Source of the DNA: Paramecium tetraurelia
Lineage: Eukaryota
Direction of reading: 5' to 3'
Length of the DNA stretch: 64,000 nucleotides
Assembly: GCA_000165425.1 (NCBI GenBank)
Contig: CT868041.1
Span: 372,001 to 436,000 of the forward strand
The notes under the pieces are model-generated. The model had not been told where the DNA came from, ran no database searches, and saw nothing but the letters and a program-made list of their open reading frames with translations. Positions 12,429 to 27,069 of the stretch are shown here, piece by piece (within the stretch, counting starts at the first letter, position 1; the number at the start of each line of letters is the position of its first letter). Both the position numbers and the translations under genes were made by a program.

Positions 12429-13173
12429 TCAAGACCAAAATTATAGAATTAAATTTAATAAATAATAAATAAATTACAAAGTCAATTCAAAATAATTTCT
12501 TGTTATTTTTTTTGCAAGAATTAATTAATTTTTATTTTACACTTAAACCCTTTTTGGTCTTTTAGTGTTAAGAGTAAATTTACTATTATTTAAATGGTTT
12601 CTATTTTATTGTTTCAATTTCAGTTTGTTCCGTATACAACCTTTTAATTTTTTTAGTCGTCTTTTCTTGAGAATAATATCTATCTTTGTTAAGTTGTAAA
12701 TTTAGATATTAGTCATTATAATTATCAAGAATTTAATAAAATGAGATTGGGTTTTCTGCATTTATTTCTGAGTCAGTTGATTATTTTATCCTTTGGGTTA
12801 ATTTCCTTAAATGTGAAGAGCTTGATGAACTTGTAGTGGACTTATACCTATCTGAGGTATCTTCATAAAGAATTAAAGGTCTAGGTGTTCTATGATTTTT
12901 TTCATCATCTCCAAAAACGAACTTCTGGGAGTTTAAAATTGAATATAAAGATGATGACTCCCCCTTAGATTAGGATTTCAAGAAAATTCTAAGTTTGAAG
13001 TTATTTGAGTTAGAGGCGTTGTTACACACTTTCATAGATAGATTATTAATAAAAACTTCATTTAATTATTCAGCGCTTTTTTCTCTGCAAATTACGTAAT
13101 CAATATCAGTTTTTATTATGAATATCTAGCAGCAAATGTAAATGCTCGATGTTATCAAGAACTCCGTATTCAT
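12429..13173 (-). CDS. Hypothetical protein (~250 aa)
   Basis: Long TGA-free frame in code 6; no motif. Confidence 0.35.
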
Positions 13174-13429
13174 AAATATTTCATAAGTAGATTAGATGAT
13201 TATATATAGTATATAATTTTAGATAGTGATGTTGCTCTTAGTGAAATAGTGATATATACTTGTAAGTAGTAAAAGGTATCACTTTGATTAGGAGTTGATA
13301 AACATTTATTATAATAATTTATTATAAATATAGAAATTAAGAGAAAGAGAAAAGAAAGTGAATATTAAATTAATAAATACGATAATTATTTACTATAAAT
13401 TTACATAGTTAGTTACATTTCTATTTAAC

Positions 13430-16400
13430 TCATTTATTTTTTTTAGGTTATTATTTCTTTAATTGTTTCTCTTTTTATTTCATTTGAAGCATTCCAACTC
13501 CTGTTAATTTAACTCCTGGCAACATAGTTTAAACAATTTCCTCATCTGTTATCATTTTCAAAAGTTATCTCTCCTGATTAGATATATCTTTATTGACCTA
13601 GAAGAAATTTAGGATTTCTTTTCCAGCTTGAAAATTTAACTTAAAAATTTACCTTTTCCTTTTTTCAAAGATCCTGGTGCAATCTTAATCTTGAATTTAT
13701 AATTTCCTATAACTGTATACGGAGCGACCATAGGAATAAGACTTAGATATTTATCTAATAATAATAAAAAATGAATACCATCAGGATATAGATAGGAGAC
13801 GAGTTTCTACATTTCAGTATACTCAATATTCTCATCTTCCTATTCTACCTATTTTTCTTATTTTTCATCATCACTATCAATCTCTTCTTATTTATTATCT
13901 GCATTTTCTGGTTCTTTTTATTATAAATCCTCTTGTTATTGTTATTATTATTATTATTGTTGCTCTTATTGTTATTGTAATTATTATTGTTGTTATTGTT
14001 CTTCTTGTTATTAAATTTTTTCCTAAGTTTATTGATCTGGGTTAGATTCCTCCTTTGTAACTTCTATACCCTATTATTTAAGCAATTTAACTGTAATAGA
14101 CTCTTATTTTAATTATTATTTTTTATAATATTCCTTATCCTTATATTATCCTTCCTATTGCTATGTTTATTCTTTTTCTTATTTTGTAAACTCATTTTTA
14201 TCTTTATCTTTCTTTTTTTTCTCTGGTCTTACTTCATTTTTCATATATGTTGCTCCCATTAACTTTTATCTTAATTCTCTCTCTTCATCAGATTAATCAG
14301 CATATTTTTCTTTCACTTTTTTCATTTTGTTTTTTTTGCCTCTTACTTATTAAGTTGTTGGATTTTTCTAATTTTTTTTATTATCATCATCAGAACTATC
14401 GTTTTCCGCATCTTTAACATTTTATTTTTATTATTACTATTTAGGTGCTTATTATTATTTATTTTATTATTATTACTACTATTATTATTATTATTTAGGT
14501 TGTTATTTTTATTATTATTATTATTATTATGTTTATTGTTTTTGTTATTGTTCCTTTTCTTTTTGTTTTTTATCATTTCTTTATTAGATCATTCTTGCAT
14601 TAGGATTGACTTCAACAATTGTATACTCTTTATCTCCTTGTTAAATAGTTTAAACAGAATTAGTTTTTTCTAGATCAATTAAATCTACCTTATTATCATC
14701 TTCATTATTATCATCATTCTCATCATTGTCAGAATCAAGTATATTTTTTTCAGTAATTTCACTTTCATTTTATTCAGATTCATCAACCTGTGATTATTCC
14801 TCTCTTAATTTCTTCTTTCTTTCTTCTTCATGTCTTTTAATACTATCTTAATCCAATTGATATAAAATTGTACAACCCATTTCTAATCTAGGAGGATAAA
14901 TAAAATTCTTTTTTCCATAAATCATAAAAGAACCAGCAGGTATATTCATACCTGTAGGTGCACTTTTACTAACTTAGGATGCATGAACCCACCAAGCCGA
15001 TACAACTATTTTAGCATCCCAAGATTTCGATCTGCAAATTGTTGCAGTGGCTGCTTACATTATTGTTGCCTCAGGAATAGGACCCTCATTAGGATTCTTT
15101 ACTATTGTAGAGGCTGATCCATAAATATCAGCATGCATATAAATATCATCTTTATTCATGTATCTCTTAACTATCATTTCATTCTACTGTACATCCTTAC
15201 CACTTATTACTAAATATCCATCAGAAGAAATAAACCAAAAGAACTTCTCAAACCAATACTTTTTTCTTTAATTTTACACTTTCTATATCTTATTTTTCTC
15301 TCTTTCGATTTCCTTGAGAGCAGTTTTCTCAGCCTATTTCAATGCCTATTCTACAGCCTCTTTTGTTTTTATCTCTTTGTCTCTATTTTTCTTCTTGCTT
15401 TCATAATACTTTCTGGCATTTTAATGAGCTGATTAAGTTATATCAATTTCTATTTGAATCAAATCTGAATACTCATCTTCCTTATTACCTAACAATATTG
15501 TCACTTTATTTTATTTCTATTCAAATAATTTAATATTGATACCAAATTCATTCCTCCTATCATATTTGAAAGTGGGTTGCCTTCTTTTTTGCTATCATTG
15601 ATCATCCTTTGTATTTTATCCCAAGGAATACCATTCTCTATCATCTTCTGTATGATGTCTATAATCGCTTAGACATCATTAATATTTTCTTAAATAAGAC
15701 CTGCCTTCATGATATATTCGTCCTGTTCTGACTGTAATTTCTGAATTCTACTCATCTGATCCTATTTAATATTTTCAAATTTCTTCCAAGCTATATCTTC
15801 AATCGATTATTTATTATCTTCCTATCTATCAACCACTAAAAAGTATTGATGTACTGCTTCATTAAAAGTAGGTGTTTCAATAACATATTTTCCCTAATAA
15901 TAAGCAGGTTAATCAGCAGCAAAATCAAAGAATTTTGGTTTCTATTCTGCATCTTTAGGTGCTTCTTTTGCGCATAAATAACCTTTATATTAAGTTTAAG
16001 CGCGATATTTATTTATATATTCCATTGCATAATCCACTACTTTCTTTACGTTTTCAAACTAATTCACAATCTTTTCATTCTGATTCATTTACAGCTATTA
16101 TATTATATCATCTGTCAATGATTAATGTAAACAAGGCACCAGTTTAAATACAACTTCCTTAAGCTTTTACCCTGCCTTCTCACTTACCACTTTCTAAATT
16201 CTTTCCATAGATGTATCGAATTTCTCAAGATAATTTGTTGCTGTATACTCGAAGGGATAAATCTCATTAGGAGCAACCCTTATAATTTTAATATTCAATA
16301 CTTCGCATTTTCTGAAAATTCGTGTTGCCTTGTCAACTAGATAATTCTATAATCTTTATCAGCAAGTATAATATTTCCTTAAGAGTACAATTCCAATATC

Positions 16401-16764
16401 AAATAGTAAGTATGATCTTCCCTCCCAAAGGTAAATACAACCACTCTTTCGACTCCTATTTATTCTATGCTTTCTAATCTTCGACTCCTTAAAAACTTTC
16501 TAAATTTCATAGTAAATCCTGAAGGCACTTTATTCTTCTCTATAGTATCAGAAAGATTAAATCTCAATCCATTTTCTATAACCAAATAAGATTTTGATTC
16601 CTGAAGAGAGAATTTGAAAACATATGTCTTAGCATCAATATTGTAAATATTTGAAAGTCTTTTTATGAATCAAAAACTTACCTTGTGCCTATTAACTTTT
16701 ACTTTAGTTCTGTCACAAGCGCCATAATATCGAGAGCCGTGAGTCTTATTTTGTTTTTCATCAT
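13430..16764 (-). CDS. NEMF: NEMF/Rqc2 ribosome quality-control factor (NFACT)
   Basis: MMKNKIRLTALDIMALV..RLSNIYNID, YWFEKFFWFISSDGYLVISGKD, YMHADIYGSAS, VSKSAPTGMNIPAGSFMIYGKKNF, MKKVKEKYADQ, YKFKIKIAPG. Confidence 0.95.
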
Positions 16765-16835
16765 AATTATAAATAAAATATTAAAAAATACTTAATTAAA
16801 AATTTCTTTAATTCTCCTTCTGATTATTTCGTACA

Positions 16836-17126
16836 TGCTAGCAATTTAGGACTTTTTATGTATTAATTATAAACTAAAAGATAGATAGTTTTATCTATGA
16901 TCTTAAATATGTGTGGTTTTGTTAGGAATTATCAATAACTAAAAATGCCTATTTCTTAAACAAAGCTATACCGGATCCATACTCATATGGAAGTATGTAT
17001 GCTAATGAGAAATCTCAAATTTGTGTTAGGAAAGCATTCTTTAGTGCATTATTTATCATAAAATTAAGTAAAATAATAGTATTTCTTAAGTTGCTGATTC
17101 TGAGTTTAATTTCAGATTTTATCTGA
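16836..17126 (+). CDS. Possible small hypothetical protein
   Basis: ATG, a 25-nt intron, then ~85 open codons to TGA. Confidence 0.25.
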
Positions 17127-17274
17127 TAAAGATTATATGCCTTTAAATTCAAATTTTGCTTGATTAGATAATTTATGAAAAGTAAAAATATTATCTGGAT
17201 AAAAAATATTCTAGTTATTTTTAGCGCGAATTAAGTTGGAAAATTTTAAAATAAATTAAAAAATTAGTTCGTGA

Positions 17275-20200
17275 ATGCAAACTTAGGATTTAGGATATCT
17301 TATAAATGCTTTATAATTAACTTATGGTACCTCGTAAGAGAGTGTCAACAATGGAGAAGCTCTATTGAAATAAGCATCTTTATAACCATTGTAATTAAAA
17401 TCCTCCAAATTTTTAGATATGCTATTTCATTATTAAGGATAGTGGATGATTAAACATAACCAGAATTATTAAGACAAAGTGCTGTTGTTAACCTGAAAAC
17501 ATTTTTAGAAAAGCATTGGGCTGATAAGAAAGAACCAGGCCATTATATTATAAGTGTAGAAGAAAAAACCATGATTAAAGCAACTATTATTGATGCTTTG
17601 GCAAGGTTGTTTAATAATTTAATGTAGGTGTATCCAAATCAAGAAATTAAGATCATAGTATGAAGATTTGATTTACAAATTAGTAGCTATAGATTTTCCT
17701 AATGATTGGCCATAATTAGTGCAATAATTAGTAATTAAATTATAAAACTTTACTTCATACGAAGACCTATGGAGTGCGCTGCTTACATTAAGACGTACAT
17801 GTGAAGTCCATTAATTTTTATTGGAAAATGATCGTTAACCATTGGAACCAATAGTTGCTTCAACCTTCCCAATTTTAGAAACTCTAATCCAAAAATTTTT
17901 AGAGGGCTACAACGAACAAAGTGGATAACTCGTAAAAGTGATTCTGAAGATATTCCATCATGCTACTCATTTGGTGATGCCAATATATATGAGAGATTAC
18001 AATGTTGTAGCCAGATGGATGCTTTATTTTAAGACAATCATATAAGCCCCTCCACCTCCAGAGTTATCAACATTAACTTAAGATGCTGAGGAAGAAACGA
18101 GAAGAGAAAAAACCTATATATGGACAAATAAGAAATGGGCTAGCAGAATTATATTGAGATTCATTTAGAAATTTGCAAATAAAAAAATGGTTGAATCAAA
18201 TATGGCTGAGTTTGCAGAGCATATCAAATCAACTTATGCAATCGGATTTATGGAAATATTTTATAAGATCTTAACAGACAACACCTAATTCTAAGGACCT
18301 AGAACATGCCTATTTGCACTCAAATATTTATTCTATTCCTTAAAATTAGACAATACTAAAGAATTGCTCAAACCTCATTATGATAAACTTATATATCATG
18401 TTGCTATTCCAAAAATGCAATTAACTCCAAGAGATGATTAATTATGGAAAAGTGACCCTGAAGAATACATCAAAAGACTAGATGATTTCTCGCTTTCAAC
18501 TTACAATATCAAGAATCCTGCCAATGACATTCTTTAGGAAGTTTGTTTATAAAAAGATATAAATGGAAATTTGATGTTGATTTCATTTCTTAATTATTGT
18601 TAAACTGCCTTTAGCACTAATATTGATCCATTAACAAATCAACCTTTAGATCTCCTGAAGAAAGAAGCATTATTATGGGGTATTGAAAGTTTGGTTCACT
18701 AAATTTCAAAAATAAGTTCCATTTAAGGTGGTTTAGAATAAATCTTAGAGAAATTCATTCTTCAAGAGTTCTAAAATCCAGTTGGATTTTTGAGAGCTAG
18801 AGCCTGCCATGTATTTAATGAGTATGGCTCTATTGAATTCAAAAATAAATAAAATATATAATTGGCAGTTTAAGGAATATCGAAATGTATATTAGATAAA
18901 GAATTACCAGTCAGAGTGGCTGCAGCTATAGCATTTAGTTCAATTCTTTAACACAAGGAAGCTTAAGATTTGATAAGACCATAATTGAGTTAAGTGTTGG
19001 AAATATACATTAAATTGATGGAATTGATTGATAATGAAAAGATTGTAAGATCATTAGAAGAAATAGTTAAGAATTTTACAAATGAAATCACACCTTATGC
19101 TCATTAATTATCTGCTCATATTGCTACTATTTTCTAAAAGTATTGCAAAAAATAGAATTAAGGAGATGGTGATTCTGATGATGACGGTGAAGCTGAGTTG
19201 GCAGCATCTGGATGTTTAGAGGCTATCAAAAGGATCTTGAATGCTCCACTCCAATAAGAGTCCTATACATAATTGGAATCAGTAATCTTTCCAATTATTA
19301 ACTTTGCCTTAACAGAAACTGGATGTGACTTCATTAATGAGGCATTAGAGATTTTGAATATAATGCTTTATAAAAGATAACAATTGACTCCAGGCTTATG
19401 GTTCTATTACCCCGTCTTATGTTACATTATATTGGGAATCCCTTAGGAAACCAATGTTTATAGTATCTAAGGTTTATCAGAGGATTAATATGTATTGCTA
19501 GAGGGATGCAAAAAAGATTGGGGAAGTGAATTCGTTTCCTAAATATTAGGATCCTTCAGAAACTACATTTAAAAAGGAGGAGCTACATTTTTGACTTAAA
19601 ACGATTACTTTGGCAATTCATTCATTTCTTTGGTCTTTAGATTCATCTAAAAAATCTATGCTGTAGCTGACAATGGAAGTGATGAAACAGACTAAAACCA
19701 AGTTACCACTATACTAATAGCATTAATCGAAAATTATCCTGGTCAAGTAGATAATCTGATTCCATAAATCATAGACTTTACTCTACTTAATTTATAAGTA
19801 ATTATGCATTTATATTATTTACTAGAAAGACAAGAAAACAAATAGATTCAAAATTGTCAATATCGGAGTCTTATGCATGTGTATCTGGTATAATCCTAAT
19901 CTTGCAGTTAATTATTTAAATAGTAAAGGATTGACAGATCAAATCTTATAAACTATGCTCTCAATGGAAAAATTCTATAAATATGAATAGGATATCAATA
20001 GATTGATCTTTGCTCTTTGTTAATTATATTCCCTACCATAAATACCTAACTATTTATTATAGACATCATCAGAGATTGGAAAGCTATTTGTGAGACTATC
20101 TACTAAAATATTGGAATTAAGAGAAGAAGAGGAATCTTGTGATTAAGAAGATCAAGCTGAAGAAGAAGAAGATCTCAAAAAAACTATTGAAAAAATCTAA

Positions 20201-20473
20201 GATCTAGAATAGGACGACGATGAAGATGATGAGGATTATGATGAAGGTGATGATGAATATGCTGAACTTTATGATAGTCCATTGGAAGATTACGATGCCA
20301 TTTTATTAATGGAAAAATTAGTCTTGACTTTGCAATAAACTAATCAGTAATTGTATGCTGCCTTATTCTCTTAATTGAATCAATAAGAATAGGAGTAAAT
20401 GACAAAAAACATAAAGGATGCTAAGGAATAATACGATGAATGGCTCAAACAAAAGTAATAAAAAAATAAGTGA
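17275..20473 (+). CDS. IPO7: Importin-7/8 (RanBP7/Nmd5) karyopherin
   Basis: LRQSAVVNLKTFLEKHW, IDFPNDWP, WTNKKWA, WKSDPEEYIKR, GFLRARAC, LPVRVAAA, acidic C-terminus. Confidence 0.93.
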
Positions 20474-20677
20474 TATTTGTTTATATATCATTATATCTAT
20501 AATGATTAAATCTTTTTAGAGCATAATTTTTAAATAATAACTATATATTCATCTTAAACAAGATATTTCTAACGATACTCTTATCATAATTGAGAATATC
20601 ATAATAAGATTGAAAAGACATTTATGAAAATAATGTTTATTAGTAAAGTTTTAATCTCAAATAATATTAAATAAATA

Positions 20678-21100
20678 TCAGTTGATAGCATTATTTATGG
20701 AGGGTTGTTTCACTATCTAAGCAAATGTATCCATAGTATATTCATTAACTTATCTGTCTTCACAATATGTTTAAATTTTAAATTTTTTCCAATCGTATTC
20801 ATCGTTGACTTTCACTTATCTTGGTTCCAAGTGATATTTTACTTTTATTCCATTTTAAGATTTTCTATAATTTGCTAAGATAGATTTGGCGGATGAATAA
20901 TTAATTGATAATTATTAGGATACCTATTAAGATTACAAATAATGTACTTCTCGTATTGTTTTGCCTTTCTATATTACATTTTATATACATTCTTCTTTTA
21001 GGTCATCAGTTATTTTTGCATATCGTTTTTCGATACACTTTCCAAATTTTTTCTTCATTTCCAATTCAACTTAATATTTGATTTCCTCAATGACCTTCAT
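20678..21100 (-). CDS. Small helix-turn-helix (homeodomain/transposase-HTH-like) protein; start uncertain
   Basis: RYAKITDDLKEECIQNVIQKGKTIRE|VSQQLSINYSSAKSILANYRK. Confidence 0.65.
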
Positions 21101-21458
21101 ATCCAAAAGTGAGATGCTTTCAGCAGCAAATTAAATTTATTATGATCTCAAATTCAATACATATCATTTCTATAAATTTTATAATAAATGTCGTTTTTAT
21201 CAAATCACTTTCTTTTCGATTCTATAAAATAGTTTTATCAATACAAATTGTTATAATGTTCTACTTAAATTAAAGATAAATTTTCTTTCTTTTCCAATTA
21301 AAAGTAATAAACTTGTCATTATTTTTTTGTATCATAAAATGTTCAAATAAGAAGAATCCAAGATACAAGAAAAGTGCTTGGTTTTAAATAATAGAATTGA
21401 GGATTTGATTAAATAATGAAATATTAAATGCTACTATTATAATTATATTACAGAAATA

Positions 21459-22487
21459 ATGGATCAAATAACAAATTTTGAATCATTCTTGTTAATATTT
21501 CAAATCGTCAACTTTATATGGATTGTTTATTAGGCAGTAGTTATTATGTACTCATAGATTATGATAAATTATTTAGGAAGTTGAAATAACAATAAACCAC
21601 TAAAATCACATCTCCCCATTATCAGGCTCTAAGTAATTATATGAATTGTTTAGTTTAGATACAATAGAACAAGGACAAGATGATGAGTCATAGTGCTAAT
21701 TTAATAATTTTGGAAAAGTTAGTTCTGATGACTCACAATTAGAAATTGAGGAATAAGTAAATTAATTATATAATTTCAGTTTAATGCCAAGTTAATTGGA
21801 AATAAGGAAAACACAAATAATTTGGTTGGTGAAAAAGAAAATCAAACCAACTAGTTGTTTAATAATTTAAAGGAGCTAGAATAAAATTGCAATCTCTCAA
21901 TTTAAAATCTAGTATAAGAGCAAAAGAATATTTAAATATAATTCTCAGATGTACAGTAATTAAACAATATTAGCTTCAAACTTAATTCGAATAACTTAAA
22001 AGGTTTTTTGAAGGCAAAATTACAGAATAAATATAAATATATTCCTAAACTTCATCCAAACTAGAATAGCTTGACGATTTATCCTAACACTTTCAAACCT
22101 AAATTAGTCTTGTAAAATAAGAGTAAACTAAAGAAATTATTAATTTAAATGAAAAAATGACTGATTTTACTCAAGCCATTTAAAAAAATATTAATGAACA
22201 TGCTGATCAAATTATTGCTTTGTAGGAAACATTATCAACACAACACTAATAATTATAATAATAGTAATAGTAACCTTCAAATATTTAAGAGAATGAAAAA
22301 TAATAATAACAATAATAATAATAGCAAGTCTAATAAATTGATGTAAGCACTCCAACTAATTCTGCAAATAATGGTTTCTCCAAAGCAGGACTAACTCGAC
22401 AAAATCAGGAAATAGGATAATTAAGGAAATAATCTACATATAAAAAAGTATAAAAATTTTTAATATTTTTAGACTACGAAACCTTGA
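21459..22487 (+). CDS. Hypothetical protein with N-terminal hydrophobic segment and Q-rich coiled coil
   Basis: MDQITNFESFLLIFQIVNFIWIVYQAVVIM; tiny introns; ends TTKP-TGA. Confidence 0.6.
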
Positions 22488-22845
22488 TGATATAATAAGT
22501 TTATGTTTATAGATAGCTATTATAATAAAGTTAATCTTAGACAAACTTAATCGCTTCTCAATACATTTCAGAACAATCTTATTTTTAAATATCTAATTTT
22601 ACTTTTTAATATTTTTTCAATATAGAATATAGTAACAGCGATTTCAGTAATACTAAATGTAAAATCTAATATCATTATATATTTATTTTGATTATACAAT
22701 ATTAATTTTAACTAGAATGTAATAATAATAATAAACAAACTAATAGGAACTAAGATAGATTTTTTAGTTGTTTTCTTAAGATGGAGGGGAAGATATAAAT
22801 ATAGCCCAAATAAATTAATTGATAAAAGATTTAGAAACCATTAAT

Positions 22846-23318
22846 ATGGATTCCTAAACAATCAATGTGCCATTTTAACCAGGAAGAAGATTGGCCAAAA
22901 AAGGAAATTCAAATGACAACTTAGAGGATGGTTAAAAAGATAGTTCTCCCAAATCCCCAACTTATGTATCTGTAACCGAACTCAAGTATAATATTATTCA
23001 CACTTAGATATTTCCCAAATAATAAGACCACTATGCAATTTTCAGATTTTTCTGAACTTTTTAATGAATGTATGTCAAATAAGGATCAACATGATGAACT
23101 ATTAGAGAGTGCATTTGCGATTTTTGATTATGACAAATCTGGCCATATTGATTCGAAGAAAATAAGGAAAGTATTTTAGAAATTTAAAGATAATACAAAT
23201 GAGGAAGAAATTCAAAGTAATAATGATGCTACGTTTAGATGTTTTAAAGTTTTGTGGAGTGCTACATGATTAAATGTCATTATAGGAGTTTAAGGAATTT
23301 TTTAAGAAGAATTTATGA
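22846..23318 (+). CDS. Small EF-hand (calmodulin/centrin-like) protein
   Basis: LLESAFAIFDYDKSGHIDSKKIRKVF; two tiny introns. Confidence 0.75.
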
Positions 23319-23343
23319 TCATATAAAATATGATAAAAATTAT

Positions 23344-24639
23344 TCAAACTCTACTGAATGTTTCCACAAAACTATAGTAAATGGAATTTTAGCTAAGAGT
23401 TCAACATAACTAAGTGCTGTGACGAATTTGTTAATGTGTTGTTCTCCTTTGGTTATACCATAACTCTAAAATTATTAAAATAAATACTCCTCCACATATG
23501 TATATCCACAGTAGATCATAAAGAAACAAGACAGCAAATAGATATGTGAATACTCTCATCCATTTTTAGTTAATATCTCTCAGAATTAATAGTTACATCA
23601 TAAAGGCTAACAAAGTTAACTAAAAAATTGATAAAATATTCATACTTCCATAAATTGGCATCTATACAAACTTATCAAAACGGATAATGCAACCACTAAT
23701 CCAGTTAATTTATAAAATAAAGGCACCCAATCTTGTATTCTATCTTATGATGCTTAATTTAAAGCATCTAAACATTTTAATTCAAATTCTTTAATCTCCA
23801 GAATAGGAGGTAACTATCTGATTTTGATGCATCCACCGCTAAAAACCTTTGCTAAACAATTTAAGGCCTATTAGGTTTCTTTAATCTCCATGTTATTCTA
23901 ATTTATCTCATGGTTTAATTTTTATTACTCTTATTTGTAAAGGCTTTCCTAAATTAGAGGGAACTTACTTTTGAATGATTAAATTTCAAGATCACATGCA
24001 ATTTAGTTTTGATTTTCATGTTGTCCTGTCTTTACAAATTCACACTAATGTCTTTTAGTTTTTATTCTCTAAGTTCAGAAATCAAAAATTGAGTATACCC
24101 AATCATATTATCACTCATCTAAAGTCAATTCAATATCTTACACTGTCAAAAAGAGTTATGATGACATCCTAGCAAGAAGAGTCTATGGGAAATTCAAATT
24201 ACTCTTAAAATTATGGACTGATTCCTTTCATCGTTCTAGTTTTATGTGTTTTAGCTCCACAACAAATTTAAAAATAGACACTAGGATCTCTAATTTCAAT
24301 GTTTTGACAATCCATAATTTAAAGGGTTAAAGAGTTCTGTTAAAGAGCATCTGAATTTAACTAATCACTCAATTATTGATGCAACACTCTTAATTCCTTG
24401 ATCTTATTGTTTAATATTTCTGAACGATATTGTAAAGTATCTACTGTCTCATTGTATTAATTAATAAAACTCTCTAAATCTATTACTCCGTTGTTTAAAG
24501 ATACCTCAATCAATTATTGAAACAAATGCTCATCATAAAAATGGCCACACTTCATAAAAATCAATAACAATACTTTTTACTTGAGGTATGTATCGAATTG
24601 TTCAACTAAAATCTTATTGGTTTAGAATGCCGTAAACAT
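23344..24639 (-). CDS. C2-domain, coiled-coil, C-terminal membrane protein
   Basis: C2-like LQIMDCQNI..DPSVYFQI..KTRT..SPQFQEQFEF..ITLFDS..IGYTQF; hydrophobic C-terminus. Confidence 0.6.
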
Positions 24640-24738
24640 TTCATTATATTATTGTTAGTTCATTTCAAATTCAAAATATTAAAGGGAATTATTAAATTGT
24701 CAACATTAATATTCGAAACATGTTCTTTATTAACATTA

Positions 24739-25401
24739 ATGAAAAACGAAAGTGAAAGCAGAGTTTCAATTGATAATTTATCAATCAATAAGGCCACAGC
24801 TCCCTAGGTAACTAATTACAAGTAATTGGTTTGTTGTTTCGTAAAATAAATGCTCTTTGATGTAGTGATTCCTGGATAGAAGATGTTCACTGAAGACAAG
24901 AAACAAAACCTGAGAAACTAGATCTTATTCTATCAACAAGGCTTCGCAAGAAATATGAATGATGAATAAGCATATTCAGAATTGATATTGTTAACTACAT
25001 CATCTCCTTAATTTATAGAAATGCTCAAAATGACATGCTATAGTTTGATAGGATAAAATCAAGAGATTGAAGCTTAAATCAATAAGGAATTGAATAGAAG
25101 TATATCGTCAATCGAAACATTTTGTGGAAACATTAAGATGATCGAAAAAACTATAACCATTAATTGGTCAACTAATAGATAAAAGCTATACAGTAAAACG
25201 ATTATTGATATAATCATGAGAGGGTTGTTGCTCAGTTATATCTTAGAGATCATCATCAGATCCTCTTTGAAACAAGACTTTACGTTTAATTTTTCAATTA
25301 CGATTGAATACAATCAATGTTGTTTAGAAAAAGAGGTCTAACCAGTATTTAAAATTCGTGATCAGACAACAGAATATGAATTTAAATTTTATAAGCTTTG
25401 A
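24739..25401 (+). CDS. Hypothetical protein (~220 aa, apparently intronless)
   Basis: Continuous code-6 ORF from ATG to TGA. Confidence 0.65.
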
Positions 25402-25663
25402 GTCATTAAAAGTCTATTTTTAAAAAAGATAAAAATAATAGAATTAGTCTATTTTGATGTTTTGCAGTTTTATCTTCTGATATCAATCTAGTTATTATTT
25501 TCAGAGAATGGATTCTGCTTCCATAAGATATTTCATTATAAGATAAATTCAATAATCACATCAAAATTAAGGTTAATCTAAATTAGAAATTAGATTATAT
25601 CATTTTTCAACGTACAATTAGATGAAAAATAAATTATTATAAAGTTGTTTATATAAAATAAAA

Positions 25664-25981
25664 ATGAAGGATTATAGCGAAACACGTCCTTTAAACAAGA
25701 AAAGAGTAGTAAGATCTGAATCTCCTCCTCCACTTCGCATTAGATATAATAGACCTTATAAAACTATAGTTTTATCTTTTTTTCTTTTGAGTGCAGGAAT
25801 ATTATTTACAGAATAAGGCATTATATAATATCAGGAGAAAGGTTTGGGTGAGACCTATCCGATTTTCATTTTAGCAATTATGCTTTTAATACCAGGTGTG
25901 TTTTATTCTGGAATGTTTATATTAATAGTGTTAGGGATTGGAGGATTCACTTATGACATGCTACCATCAGTGAATAATTGA
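25664..25981 (+). CDS. TMEM230: TMEM230/DUF872-family two-TM protein
   Basis: PYKTIVLSFFLLSAG..MLLIPGVFY..GFTYDMLP. Confidence 0.8.
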
Positions 25982-26004
25982 ATAAAATATATTTAATTGT
26001 TAAA

Positions 26005-27069
26005 TCATAAAAAGTACTCTGGTACTCTTCTGGTGGTCTAAGGTTCATTATCTCTTGGAGCAGGTTCATATTATGAGCTTTTTTATAGGCAATTAATTTA
26101 CAAACTCATTTTTAGCTGATCATCAACCTCTACAATGCATGCTTGATTGCCACATCTATAGCAATAATTTGGAGCTGAGAATATTGTAACTGTTTTTCGT
26201 TGATGAACATGCTAAAATCCTTCCATTACTAATTAATGTGCTCTGGCAATCAATTTCAATTTATTTTGATGCAAAAATTTATCTGTTATATCTTAACCCC
26301 ATGTCCATCCTGCCCCTCTAGGAGAAACACCCCATCCCGCCTTAGTTTCTTCAGGGTCACTCCATAATAAATCGCAAATTGCACCATCATGAGGGATGTC
26401 TTAAATTCTATTTAATTGTTTGATCTAATCAACTGTCTCTATTGCTGGTGATAGGCCTCCATGTGTGCAGAATATCTAATTATAGAAACGAGAATTTACG
26501 CTGTTCTCAACTATAGCCACCAATGGCAAATATCCAAAAACATCTGTAAAGTGCTTCCATACTATTTCATTTCCATACTTCCTTTAGCATTCATCATAAA
26601 ACCCATAAATCTTATTAATTTCTCTATTTTCATGATTGCCTATATTAATTTAACTAATAACCTCTCAAAACAGTCAACCTGTCTTTGTAACGTATTTTTA
26701 GACAAAGTATCAGACTAAAGGTTTCGACGCTTTAAGAACCACGGTCTACGTAGTCGCCAAGAAAGAGATAATTTGTTTCCTTAATAAATTTTCTTAAAAA
26801 TACTGGTAATCTGCCTCCGATACGAAACAATTCAATTAGATCGTGAAATTAACCATGTATATCGCCGCATATTGTTAAAGGTGCTCTTACTGCTACAATA
26901 TTTGGTTCATCAACGAGTATTTCTTTGGCCTGATTAATAATGCAAATATTAACACTTTTTAACACACTAGCTTTATATCATTTTCACTTAATAATTAGCC
27001 ATTATATAGATCTTCTATATATTTATCAAAATTCCCCAATTCTGAATGACTCAATTTTGATGGATTCAT
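26005..27069 (-). CDS. PP2A-like Ser/Thr phosphatase catalytic subunit
   Basis: [35 protein letters not shown]-terminus RRVPEYFL. Confidence 0.95.
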
